Of a stretch of DNA of 64,000 nucleotides, positions 9,115 to 18,805 are shown piece after piece (positions within the stretch are counted from its first letter, which is position 1; every line of letters starts with the position of its first letter). The notes under the pieces are model-generated. The model had not been told where the DNA came from and did no database searches. It was given only the letters and a program-made list of their open reading frames with translations. This DNA comes from an uncultured cyanobacterium. Its GTDB lineage: Bacteria; Cyanobacteriota; Cyanobacteriia; Phormidesmidales; Phormidesmidaceae. A program made the translations under genes and the position numbers. Location of the stretch: contig CAWBZI010000002.1 of assembly GCA_963793265.1 (NCBI GenBank), positions 384,001-448,000 on the forward strand, read 5' to 3'.

Positions 9115-12100
9115 TCAAAGCGGCGACAGCTTTTCAAAAGTCGCATCAAAGGTTTTAGATTGAAAATCTTCAGACCAGTGAAGAGAAACTTGGTAATTTA
9201 GAGACTCTCCCAGTTGCCAGAGCTTTTCTGGGTCTAATCCTACGGATGAGGACGCGGGCGATCGCACATATTCTTGTAAATCACCGGCGGTTTCTATCGA
9301 GGCTTGTTCTGCCGACAATGCAGCCATGGCCTTTAAGGTAGGCAGCAATCTGGCATTGCCAATCTGGCAAAGAGTCAACCGTTCCGGCTGCGTCTGCATG
9401 AGGTTCGCTTTCACGGCTTGTATATCTATATCGGCCTGCCAATTTATAGAAACGGCAGAGGGAGAGGCAGCACTTTCCTGCGAAAGAGAATTCTGACAAG
9501 CACCAGTCTGACGAGCATCAACCACACCAATATGTAAAACCACGTCATAGCGAAACTGAGTCATTTCATTCAAGTGCTGACCTCGCTTAAGCTGAATATC
9601 TACCTGCGCGATTTCAGGCAGGTGGTGTCGTAAAGCTGTAAAAAACTGAGGACTAATGACTAGCTCACTTTCTTGCGTCAGCTTTGACTGAATGCGAGCT
9701 TTCAACTTTTCAAGCGGCAGCGTCTTTTCAGCTTGAAACAACTGAACCGCTGTATGAAAAGCTGGCAGTAGCTCCAGGCTGCGCACATCGCCAATGAAGA
9801 CCTGACCGCCTGTCGCCAGTCCCTGACAAGCTTTTTCTATTACGGCAAATAAGTAGTCAGCACTAGGAAAATACTGCACTACAGAGTTCATAACAACAGT
9901 ATCAACAGCTTTAAAGTCTTCTGGCGTAAGACTATCGGCAGCGCCCGCACCTAGTTGAACCGAATCGGCTAGCTGAACCGAATCGGCTAAATGAGTATCT
10001 CGAAGCGTTTGGTTGATATGCGACTGAAGAGCCTTAATCGCCTGAGACGAAAGATCAACACCTCGATAGGACTTACAGCTCGGTGCCACTCGCCAAAGCA
10101 ACAGCCCTGTGCCACAGCCAATTTCTAGCAGCCGCTGGGGCCGCAGCGCTAGAATTCGATTTGTCGTATGCTCAACCCACTCACGCATATCGGCTTCCGG
10201 CATGGGCTGTTTTGTATAGCTACTGCCCCAGCCGGAGATATCAAATGCTGGATCAATTGCATTGACAGATTGCTGATAAGTCTGCTCCCAGATAGTCTGC
10301 CACTGCTGCGTTTGCTGGTGATTGGGAGCTTGGGCCTGTTCGCAAGAGGCTAGCTGAAACTCACTATTGATGTTTTCACTGTTGGATTTTTCGCTGTTAG
10401 GATTTTTGCAGTCGGAGCTTTCATTGGCCACCACGTAGGCAACCAGCTGCTTTTGCTGTAGGCGATCTTCTCGGGCGACGACGACGGTGCTATGAACCAT
10501 CGGATGCTGATTAATCGCCATTTCAATATCACCAAGTTCAATCCTAAATCCTCGAATTTTTATCTGATGGTCTATGCGCCCCAAGCACTCTAAGCTACCA
10601 TCTGGCAAATACCGGGCCAAATCGCCTGTACGATAAATTCGAGCTGTTGGATCAGGCGCGAAAGGGTGGGGAATAAATTTTTCCTGAGTGAGCACAGGCT
10701 GATTTAGATAGCCTTTGGCTAAATTATCTCCTCCAATATAAAGTTCGCCAATAACCCCTATCGGGACAGGCGACAACCGTTGAGAGGTTTTAGAAGCGCC
10801 CTCGTGAGAGGCCGTTTTGAGTAAGTAGACTTGAGTATTGGCAACGGGCCGACCAATTGGGATGGTGCTGCCCTGCGCTTCTACTTGATGAACCGTCGAA
10901 TAGATAGTTGCTTCTGTTGGCCCGTACAGATTCCACAGCGTTTTTCCTCGTGATAGAAGCTGATCGGCCAAATCGCGGGGTAGCGGTTCGCCTGCGCACC
11001 AAATATTGAGCTGGGCAAATCCTTTCCATCCGGCTGCAATCAACATCCGCCAAGTGGCGGGAGTTGCCTGCATCATAGTGCCCCCCACGTCGGTGAGAAG
11101 TGCGGCTAACAGCTTCGGATCACGGGCGGTTTCACGGCTCGCCAGAACAACCTTAGCACCTACAATTAAGGGTAGGTACAATTCGGCTGCTGCAATATCA
11201 AAACAGACCGTAGTGACCGCTATCCAAACATCTTGAGCGGTGAGTCCTGGACGCTGCTTTATAGACCACAGGAGATTAATCAAGGCGCGGTGCTGAATTT
11301 GAACACCTTTGGGGTTACCGGTAGATCCTGAGGTGTATAGGGTGTAGACCACGTTCTCAGAAGAGGCGAGTGGTTCAAGGTTGATTGAGCTTTGCTGCGA
11401 TAGGGCACAACCCATCTGATCCAAACAGAGGGCTTGGTGTGCAGAAACTGGTAGCTGAGATAGAAGCGATGACTGGGTTAACACCCACGAGAGCTGGCTG
11501 TCTTCTATCATGAACGCTAGTCGCTCAGCCGGATAGATTGGGTCTAATGGAACGTAGCAGGCCCCTGCCTTTAGCACCGCTAGCAGGGCAATCAGCAGAT
11601 GCTCGGTGCGATCTATAAAGATGCCGACTAAGCTGCCGGGGCCAACACCTAATGAGCGTAGGTAATGAGCGCACTGATTACTGCGCTGATTGAGCGATTC
11701 ATAAGTAAGGCATTGACCGGCTACTTCGAGGGCGATCGCCTCCGGCGTTTTTCTAACTTGCGCTTCAATTAGCTCGTGCAGGCACTGGTCTTTAGGATAG
11801 TCGGCTGTGGTTTTATTCCAACCGGCTATTTGATGCAGTTCTGTTGTAGAAAGCAGCGGCAGCGCAGCAATAGAACAATCCGGGTTGGCCACTATGGCCT
11901 CAAGCAGTTTGATGAAGTGGCGACTCATCCGAGCGATGGTTTCAGCCTTAAACAGATCGGTGCTGTACTCAAAATAACCACTCATGCCAGCAGGTTGTTC
12001 GGCCAGCTCCAAAAACAGATCAAACTTAACAGTCCTATTATCTAACTCAATCGGTGTTAGCGTCAGTCCAGGAAATGACTGCGCTAGGGCCGGTGTATTT

Positions 12101-15024
12101 TGCAGGTTAAACACAACCTGAAAGAAGGGGTTTTGTCCCGGCTTATGATCAGGATGCAGTGCTTGCACAAGATGATCAAAGGGAATGTCTTGGTGGGCGT
12201 AAGCGCCTAGCGTCATTGTCTTTACCCTTTGCAGCAACTGCCGGAAGCTGGGAGTTTTTGAGAGATTGCTACGCAAAACGACTGTATTCGGGAAAAATCC
12301 AATGAGCTGTTCTAGATCGCCATGAGGACGACTAGCCAACAAAGAACCCACTGCAATATCAGACTGTCCGCTATAGCGATAAAGTAGGGTTTGGAAAGCT
12401 GCCAATAACATCATATAGAGGGTAGTGTCAGACTCTCTTGACAGCGCTTTAAGAGAGTGAGTTAGAGATTCTGAAAGCTGAAAAAACTGTCGGCCCCCGT
12501 TATAGGTTGGCATTGCAGGACGAGAAAAATCGTAAGGCAACGCCAGCATAGGAACTTCATCGGCAAGCTGAGCTTTCCAGTAGGTTAGCTGCTGCTCATA
12601 CGTTTTCGAGCGCAGCCACTGCCGATGCCAAAGACTAAAATCGCTGTATTGAACCGGTAGCGGCGATAGCGGCGAAGGTTTATCTGCAACAAATGCGGTA
12701 TAGAGTACCGTTAGCTCCTTAAGCAACAGGCTCACCGACCAGCCATCACAAACAATGTGATGCAGATTCAACAGTAGCGTATGTTCATCTGTCGCCAGTG
12801 CGAATACAGTAACGCGCAGCAGAACATCTTCGGCTAGATTAAAAGGAACTCGTGCCGCCTCAACCAGTTGCCTCTGGAGCGCAGTCGCTCGTTCATCCTC
12901 AGATAGCTGAGAAAGATCGACCAGGCGAAAAGGACAGACAGCTTTTTCTTGCACAATCTGCACGGGTTTTCCATGCTGAATAACAAAGAGTGTCCGTAGC
13001 GCTTCATGGCGATCAATGACTGCTTGCAGGGCTTTCTCTAAAGCCTGTATGTTTAAATGACCCGTAAGCTGAAAAGCCACTGGCACAGTATAAAAAGGAT
13101 GATTGGGTACCAGTCGATCTAAAACCCAAAGGGGTTCTTGCACCCAGGCTAAAGGAGCCGCAACCTTCTCGGGCAAAGGCTTTAGAACGATCGGTGCGAC
13201 GGTATTTACTTTGGGCTGAGTTAATAGCCAACTGGCTAATTTCCCAATTGTCGGCATCTCAAATATCTGAGTAAACGGAACATTCTGTTCTAATTCTTCA
13301 CGGATACGAATAATGACCTGTGTGGCTATGAGCGAGTGCCCACCAAGATCGAAGAAGTTTTGGTCAGTCTCTATTCGGGCCAATCCAAGTAGCTCTGCCC
13401 AGATATCGGCTAGCTGCTGCTCAATAGGTGTTTTAGGCTGAGTAAAACAGTCCTCTGGAAGTGATTGCTGAGGTATTGGCAAATTGCGACGGTCTACTTT
13501 ACCGCTAGGCGTTAAAGGAAATGCATCTAAGCATATAATTTGGCTGGGAATCATGTAGTCAGGCAGGCGATCGCCTAAAAAATGACGGAGTTCTCCGACA
13601 ACACCTAAGGCATTTGGCTTGCTCAAAACAACATACCCTAATAATTGCCTTGTTCCTATCTGAGCTTCTGTGGCGATGACAACCGCCTCTTTAACGTCAG
13701 TGTGACGGTCTAAAACGGTTTCAATCTCTCCTAGCTCAATCCGATAGCCGCGAATCTTAACCTGCTGATCGCACCGGCCCAGATACTCATAGTCACCAGT
13801 GGCTAAGCGTCGAGCTAAGTCTCCCGTTTTATAAAGTCGAGCAGACTTACCGTGAGCTGTTTCGATAAAACGCTCTGCGCTTAAATCTGGTTGGTGAAGA
13901 TATTCTTTGGCAAGGCATATACCGCCAATATAAATCTCCCCAATATTGCCATGAGAAACGGGGAGTAAGCGCTCGTCTAACAAATGAATTTCAGCATTGT
14001 CAATGGCTTTCCCTATAGGCGGGAGCGTCGGCCATTCATCCGGGGTGCCCGAAAGCTGGTAGGCCGTCGCTACGTGACTTTCTGAGGGGCCATATTGGTT
14101 CCATAAGATGCAGTGGGGCATTTGGCCGAACCACTGAGCTAGCGCAGGCGTAATACGTAGTTGTTCGCCTGCGGTAATCACCTCTTTGAGGCCAGTGGGT
14201 GCTGAGCCTACGCTTACAGCGACTTCTGCGAGCTGCTGCAGGGCTACAAAAGGTAAAAATAATCGCTCAATTGACTGGCTCTCAATGACTTTGAGTAACG
14301 TGTAGGGATCGCGGCGATCTGCGTCTTTAATGAGAACAACCGTGCCTCCGGCTGTCAGGGTGGCAAAGATCTCTTGAAAAGAGACATCAAAGCTGATGGG
14401 TGTAAACTGAAGCGTTTTACCCGTTGTCACAACCGAGCTGTTAACTTGCCAGCGAATAAGATTTGCCAGCGGGCCGTGAGGCATAGCAACACCCTTCGGG
14501 TTTCCGGTAGAACCCGAGGTATAGACGACATAGCCCAAAGACATTGGGGGCATTGGATACTTGCGATCGCTAGTAGGCGCATCAGCCAGCCTTTTCCAAT
14601 CTTTGTCAAGACAGAATGTAAATCGCTGTGATTGGGGTAGCCGGTCTTGTAGGCAACTGTGGGTTAGCACAATATCGACTTGGGCCTGCTCCAACATATA
14701 GGCAATGCGATCGCGAGGATAGCTAGAGTCAAGCGGAACGTAAGCTCCGCCTGCTTTTAGGATAGCTAAGATGCTCACCACCATATCTGATGAGCGTTCA
14801 AGACATAGCCCGACTAGCACATTAGGCCCAACCCCTTGAGCGCTTAAAAAATAGGCTAGCTGATTTGCCCGACAGTTGAGCGTGTTATAGCTCAACTGCT
14901 GACCATTTCCTTCGAGCGCGATCGCCTTTGGCGTCTTCTCAACCTGCTGCTCAAATAAACGGTGGATCAGTGATTCTTGCTGTTCAAGCTTATCTAGTCG
15001 ATCTTCTGTATAAGTAGATGACAT
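9115..15024 (-). CDS. NRPS A-PCP-C-A(core)-methyltransferase
   Basis: Two A domains (YTSGSTGNPKG, YGPSE/YGPTE, YKTGD/YRTGD), PCP LGGHSL, C domain HHIVCDG, MT LEIGCGTG and NSVVQYFPS. Confidence 0.92.
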   Translation of the reverse strand: MSSTYTEDRLDKLEQQESLIHRLFEQQVEKTPKAIALEGNGQQLSYNTLNCRANQLAYFLSAQGVGPNVLVGLCLERSSDMVVSILAILKAGGAYVPLDSSYPRDRIAYMLEQAQVDIVLTHSCLQDRLPQSQRFTFCLDKDWKRLADAPTSDRKYPMPPMSLGYVVYTSGSTGNPKGVAMPHGPLANLIRWQVNSSVVTTGKTLQFTPISFDVSFQEIFATLTAGGTVVLIKDADRRDPYTLLKVIESQSIERLFLPFVALQQLAEVAVSVGSAPTGLKEVITAGEQLRITPALAQWFGQMPHCILWNQYGPSESHVATAYQLSGTPDEWPTLPPIGKAIDNAEIHLLDERLLPVSHGNIGEIYIGGICLAKEYLHQPDLSAERFIETAHGKSARLYKTGDLARRLATGDYEYLGRCDQQVKIRGYRIELGEIETVLDRHTDVKEAVVIATEAQIGTRQLLGYVVLSKPNALGVVGELRHFLGDRLPDYMIPSQIICLDAFPLTPSGKVDRRNLPIPQQSLPEDCFTQPKTPIEQQLADIWAELLGLARIETDQNFFDLGGHSLIATQVIIRIREELEQNVPFTQIFEMPTIGKLASWLLTQPKVNTVAPIVLKPLPEKVAAPLAWVQEPLWVLDRLVPNHPFYTVPVAFQLTGHLNIQALEKALQAVIDRHEALRTLFVIQHGKPVQIVQEKAVCPFRLVDLSQLSEDERATALQRQLVEAARVPFNLAEDVLLRVTVFALATDEHTLLLNLHHIVCDGWSVSLLLKELTVLYTAFVADKPSPLSPLPVQYSDFSLWHRQWLRSKTYEQQLTYWKAQLADEVPMLALPYDFSRPAMPTYNGGRQFFQLSESLTHSLKALSRESDTTLYMMLLAAFQTLLYRYSGQSDIAVGSLLASRPHGDLEQLIGFFPNTVVLRSNLSKTPSFRQLLQRVKTMTLGAYAHQDIPFDHLVQALHPDHKPGQNPFFQVVFNLQNTPALAQSFPGLTLTPIELDNRTVKFDLFLELAEQPAGMSGYFEYSTDLFKAETIARMSRHFIKLLEAIVANPDCSIAALPLLSTTELHQIAGWNKTTADYPKDQCLHELIEAQVRKTPEAIALEVAGQCLTYESLNQRSNQCAHYLRSLGVGPGSLVGIFIDRTEHLLIALLAVLKAGACYVPLDPIYPAERLAFMIEDSQLSWVLTQSSLLSQLPVSAHQALCLDQMGCALSQQSSINLEPLASSENVVYTLYTSGSTGNPKGVQIQHRALINLLWSIKQRPGLTAQDVWIAVTTVCFDIAAAELYLPLIVGAKVVLASRETARDPKLLAALLTDVGGTMMQATPATWRMLIAAGWKGFAQLNIWCAGEPLPRDLADQLLSRGKTLWNLYGPTEATIYSTVHQVEAQGSTIPIGRPVANTQVYLLKTASHEGASKTSQRLSPVPIGVIGELYIGGDNLAKGYLNQPVLTQEKFIPHPFAPDPTARIYRTGDLARYLPDGSLECLGRIDHQIKIRGFRIELGDIEMAINQHPMVHSTVVVAREDRLQQKQLVAYVVANESSDCKNPNSEKSNSENINSEFQLASCEQAQAPNHQQTQQWQTIWEQTYQQSVNAIDPAFDISGWGSSYTKQPMPEADMREWVEHTTNRILALRPQRLLEIGCGTGLLLWRVAPSCKSYRGVDLSSQAIKALQSHINQTLRDTHLADSVQLADSVQLGAGAADSLTPEDFKAVDTVVMNSVVQYFPSADYLFAVIEKACQGLATGGQVFIGDVRSLELLPAFHTAVQLFQAEKTLPLEKLKARIQSKLTQESELVISPQFFTALRHHLPEIAQVDIQLKRGQHLNEMTQFRYDVVLHIGVVDARQTGACQNSLSQESAASPSAVSINWQADIDIQAVKANLMQTQPERLTLCQIGNARLLPTLKAMAALSAEQASIETAGDLQEYVRSPASSSVGLDPEKLWQLGESLNYQVSLHWSEDFQSKTFDATFEKLSPL

Positions 15025-15217
15025 ACTCTATTTCCCTCGGTTTTCTGATAAGACCCAACGGTGAACCAGCGACGAATGTAAGCTCAGGAGATCTGCTAAT
15101 CGATACCGATAGGGACTGTATTTCTACAGAAACCGGCATAGAAGCTGATTGGCATAAATGGAGTTAAGAACATGCCACCAAAGAGCCTACCATCCTAAAG
15201 GGCTACTTTAAAGGCAC

Positions 15218-15264
15218 TCTCAACCAAGTTTTGATACCTTGCTATCTCAACCAAGTTTTGATAC
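15218..15264. repeat. 20-bp direct repeat upstream of the NRPS
   Basis: TCTCAACCAAGTTTTGATAC at 15218-15237 and 15245-15264. Confidence 0.85.
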
Positions 15265-15532
15265 TTTAATATGTTCAGTAATTAAAATGAGCAATACTAC
15301 GAAGCAGCCCAATCAGACTAGCTCGCATAGGATCAGATTGCACAAAACTGCAATTAGTTGTGCTCGAAGCAGTAGAACAACCTGCCGCTTCTAGGAATAT
15401 TCGACTGCTATATACTGCCTGAAGCAACAGAAAAGATGACATAAATCCCCGGTGATTCGTACTGTTAGACATTCTAATTTTGTAGCAACGAACAAATGAA
15501 TTTGTTGCTTACAAAATCGGGAAGAAAAAACA

Positions 15533-15805
15533 GTGTCTGCCTTCTATTCAAACGAATTAGAAATTCATAGCGTGGATTCAGAGCTATCTGGTAGCAGTCT
15601 TGATGTTGCAGCCTCATCCTACGGATTGGTGGCGGGTCGAACAGACTCGAAGATAATGGCCTCGCAGCTAACAACCTTTAATGAGCCTGCGGCCCTTACA
15701 GAGGTTGCAGCTAACCTAGAATCTAACCTAGCAGCTTCTGTTGCCCATACTGCCTACCGGCAGACCGACTTGAATGCAGATGAGCTTACGGGCGTTCGGT
15801 GGTAA
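15533..15805 (+). CDS. Hypothetical protein or gene remnant
   Basis: 90 aa acidic, Ala/Ser-rich ORF with GTG start in an otherwise empty interval; no motif recognised. Confidence 0.3.
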   Translation: MSAFYSNELEIHSVDSELSGSSLDVAASSYGLVAGRTDSKIMASQLTTFNEPAALTEVAANLESNLAASVAHTAYRQTDLNADELTGVRW

Positions 15806-15965
15806 GGTCAGGCAGCTCAGCGGCGATCACATGCCAGGGACTTTACAACAGAATATAACAAGTCGTCGTGAGCGTGTGAAAACTAGCACCCAATCAAGTG
15901 GCAGAGTTGGATCTGATCAACACTCAGAATGCGTTTTTTTAGTCGAAGCTTGTATAGCCCCGGTT

Positions 15966-16808
15966 CTACCTTAAAAAGTCTTTAATATATTGGTTCACCT
16001 GATCTGGCTGCTCCTGCTGAACCCAGTGACTACAGTTAGGAATATAGTGAATTGTGAAATCGCTTACATACTGCTCGGTTCCGTAGGTAAGCTCTTTACC
16101 CAAAGCCCGATCGTTTTCTCCCCAAACCATCAAAGTTGGCACATTGAGCACGCCCCACTCCCGATTCAACAGCCCGCCTGAGCCTGCAATATTGCGGTAG
16201 TAATTCAACATACTCTCAATCGCATTTGGCTTAGCCGCCGCCGCCACCAGAGCATCTAAATCTGCTGTGGTAAACGCATCAGGATTCACAGCCTGATCGC
16301 GAAATGCGGCTCTAATAGCCTCATAGTTATTTGCCTTTAGCAGCAGCTCGGGCAGTAGCGGAAGCTGGAAGAAGGCGATATACCAGCTTCGTAATAGCTG
16401 CTGAGGCGTTCTTAACCCCGCTGCAAACTTAGCGGGATGCGGCAAGTTGAGCACGATCAGCCGGTCAAGCATTTGCGGATAAGCGTAGGCAAAACTCCAG
16501 GCGATCGCCCCACCCCAGTCATGCCCTACCAGCGTACACTTCTCATATCCCAGCGCTCGAATCACGCCCGCCACATCTTCTATTAATTCAGATAAAGCGT
16601 AGGCCGATTTTGCCTTTGGCTTATCGCTATCGTTATAGCCACGTAGATCTATAGCAACAACCTTGTGCGTACTGCTAAAGGCTTCAATTTGGTACCGCCA
16701 AGAGTACCAGAACTCTGGGAACCCGTGTAAGCACAGCATCAAAGGGCCTTCGCCCTGGGTGACGTAGTGCAGTTGAATGCCGTTAGTATCGAGATAGCCA
16801 TGCTGCAT
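15966..16808 (-). CDS. Alpha/beta hydrolase, epoxide hydrolase-like
   Basis: HGFPEFWYSW, GHDWGG, HWVQQE; start moved to MQHGYL (ATG 16808) to avoid overlap with the upstream gene. Confidence 0.9.
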   Translation of the reverse strand: MQHGYLDTNGIQLHYVTQGEGPLMLCLHGFPEFWYSWRYQIEAFSSTHKVVAIDLRGYNDSDKPKAKSAYALSELIEDVAGVIRALGYEKCTLVGHDWGGAIAWSFAYAYPQMLDRLIVLNLPHPAKFAAGLRTPQQLLRSWYIAFFQLPLLPELLLKANNYEAIRAAFRDQAVNPDAFTTADLDALVAAAAKPNAIESMLNYYRNIAGSGGLLNREWGVLNVPTLMVWGENDRALGKELTYGTEQYVSDFTIHYIPNCSHWVQQEQPDQVNQYIKDFLR

Positions 16809-16839
16809 AGGGTGATATTTATAACAAGGCTTTATTCTA

Positions 16840-17364
16840 TTATTTTTCTGGGGTTGTGACCGTAGCCTCCTCTGAATCAGTCTCTTCAATAGCGCGCTGA
16901 GATGATTTTTGCGGCGGCTTCCAAAGTTGGAAAGTGAGATCGGGCAGCGGCACTTTGAAGTCTTTGCCAAACTGCACTTTGGCCTGATGCTCTACAAAAT
17001 CAGCAAGAAATCGTACCGGCACTAGAAAGAGTCGCGCGAGGCCATTCACGATCTGCCGTTCGCCGGGCTGATCCATATCGATTGCAACAGATTTAAAAGC
17101 TAAGCCTGACTGATAGCCAATGCTCCAAAACCAGACGACTAGAACAGCGATCGCTAAAAGCAACAGCGAGAGAATCGCGGCAAGCTGCTTTATTAGCCGA
17201 CCTAAGACCTGAAGCGATCGCACAAAGACATTCTTGGTTTCTTTTGCCGACAGCGTATCCCAAAATTCAGTCAGCTTAGGCTGTAGGGCTCCGCCTGAAA
17301 TCGTCTCGAAGGGCTTTGTCGTCTTATTCACAAAAGTCTTATTTGCAAGAGTCATATCCAACAC
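16840..17364 (-). CDS. Hypothetical membrane protein
   Basis: 174 aa with one clear TM helix LAAILSLLLLAIAVLVVWFW. Confidence 0.6.
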   Translation of the reverse strand: MLDMTLANKTFVNKTTKPFETISGGALQPKLTEFWDTLSAKETKNVFVRSLQVLGRLIKQLAAILSLLLLAIAVLVVWFWSIGYQSGLAFKSVAIDMDQPGERQIVNGLARLFLVPVRFLADFVEHQAKVQFGKDFKVPLPDLTFQLWKPPQKSSQRAIEETDSEEATVTTPEK

Positions 17365-17610
17365 CAGTTTGATTAGCCAGTTTGAGCAAGTAGATTTGAG
17401 CGAATAGAGAGGCTACTGATCCGCCCTTATGCATAAAATGATACGAAGCGCACAGGCCATAGGCTCATAAGAACTGGTTATACAATACTCTACAATCATT
17501 TTGAGTAACGATTGTTTAATTATCTCAAAAAACTTTTCGCCCTCATTGAATTAGAGGGAGAATTCGCGGTAGTTTTATCGGACACGAACTTTTCATAGCA
17601 GCGATCGCCC

Positions 17611-18273
17611 ATGACCAGTTTCCCCGGATCTCCTCGGTTGTTAAAAGGCGCAATCGTCGGGCTTAGCAAAGTCGGCCCTCAGGCAAACGCCGTCGCCTTT
17701 CAGTACAATCCTGATACCATGACGCGATCGCTAAAGCCGCGCACAGCAACAGCCTCAGACGACGACAGCGATGGCCCTAGCCGCAAAGAAGCCTTCAGAA
17801 TTACCGGCCCACCTGAAGAAACCATTAGTCTCAAAATTGAGCTAGACGCCACCGACAGGCTCGAACAAGGAGATATAAACGCCCTTCAAAACGGCATACA
17901 TCCTCAGCTTGCAGCGCTAGAACTGCTGCTATATCCCAAATCAGAGACAGTGCTTAAAAATCAATCGCTGAGTAAAACAGGCACCTTAGAAGTAGTCCCC
18001 GTAGAGCTGCCGCTAGCGCTGTTGGTGTGGGGCGTGAAGCGAACAGTGCCCGTGCGATTAGAGAGTTTGAGCATAGAGGAACAGGCATACGATACCAACC
18101 TTAATCCAATCAGAGCCGTGATTGATCTGTCCTTGCGGGTGCTGAGCTACGCCGATCTTGAGTTTGATAGCAAAGGCGGATCGCTATTTATGGCGCATCA
18201 GGTACAAAAAGAGCGACTGGCCGCTTCAGCGGTTAGTAAAACAACGCTTCAGCGTGTTCAAGTAGGTCGCTAA
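17611..18273 (+). CDS. CIS tube-initiator-like protein (Afp7/Pvc7 N-terminal type)
   Basis: AFQYNPDTMTRSL, LLVWG..RTVPVRLESLSIEEQAYD..LNPIRA motifs; first gene of the baseplate operon. Confidence 0.75.
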   Translation: MTSFPGSPRLLKGAIVGLSKVGPQANAVAFQYNPDTMTRSLKPRTATASDDDSDGPSRKEAFRITGPPEETISLKIELDATDRLEQGDINALQNGIHPQLAALELLLYPKSETVLKNQSLSKTGTLEVVPVELPLALLVWGVKRTVPVRLESLSIEEQAYDTNLNPIRAVIDLSLRVLSYADLEFDSKGGSLFMAHQVQKERLAASAVSKTTLQRVQVGR

Positions 18274-18434
18274 TTAATGTATCTCCTCAAAGAGAAAGAA
18301 TCTTTTAGAGAAAATACAACATTTCAGCATAGCTATCCTCGAAAGCAACAGTATTCCTAATTAGGAAGAGAGGTTACTTTTCATACAAAAGTTCACTAAC
18401 GCCCAAAAAGCATTATTAAATCTTGAGGTTCTTT

Positions 18435-18785
18435 ATGTTTGATACTAGAAGCCGGTACTACAATTCGGCAGAAGCGACCTTTGAGCGACCAGCGCAGGCG
18501 AATGCAGGTATTGCCACGGTGACTAGAATTGCCTATAAGCGCAGACGGTTTTTGCCCCAGGGGCGATCGCTGCCTGTGCTCGCAGAAGTCAACGTTGCTG
18601 AAGGCGAACGGCTAGATCTGCTATCTCACCGACTGTTAGGCGATGCCGAGCAGTACTGGCAAATTTGCGATGCCAATGACACCATGAATCCAACTGCACT
18701 ATTGGGAAATACATCGCAGGGCGAACAGATTGAGCAAAGCGTGTTCGAGCGAGTTATTCGCGTTCCCTTGCCGCAGATAGTTTAA
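18435..18785 (+). CDS. CIS LysM-like small baseplate protein
   Basis: GERLDLLSHRLLGDAEQYWQICDAN (LysM/tail-X like); GAGG RBS before ATG 18435. Confidence 0.8.
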   Translation: MFDTRSRYYNSAEATFERPAQANAGIATVTRIAYKRRRFLPQGRSLPVLAEVNVAEGERLDLLSHRLLGDAEQYWQICDANDTMNPTALLGNTSQGEQIEQSVFERVIRVPLPQIV

Positions 18786-18805
18786 GAACCCAACAGAGAT
18801 CTACC

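Noticed and set aside
8946..9149. 67 aa ORF bridging the NRPS break
   Set aside because: Third reading frame with no NRPS motifs; at most a relic of frameshifts
15275..15974. Small ORFs at 15275-15472, 15474-15674 and 15774-15974
   Set aside because: No motifs, mutually overlapping or overlapping better candidates, probably spurious
16809..16970. N-terminal extension of the 334 aa hydrolase ORF
   Set aside because: Overlaps the upstream gene in another frame; hydrolase-like sequence begins at MQHGYL
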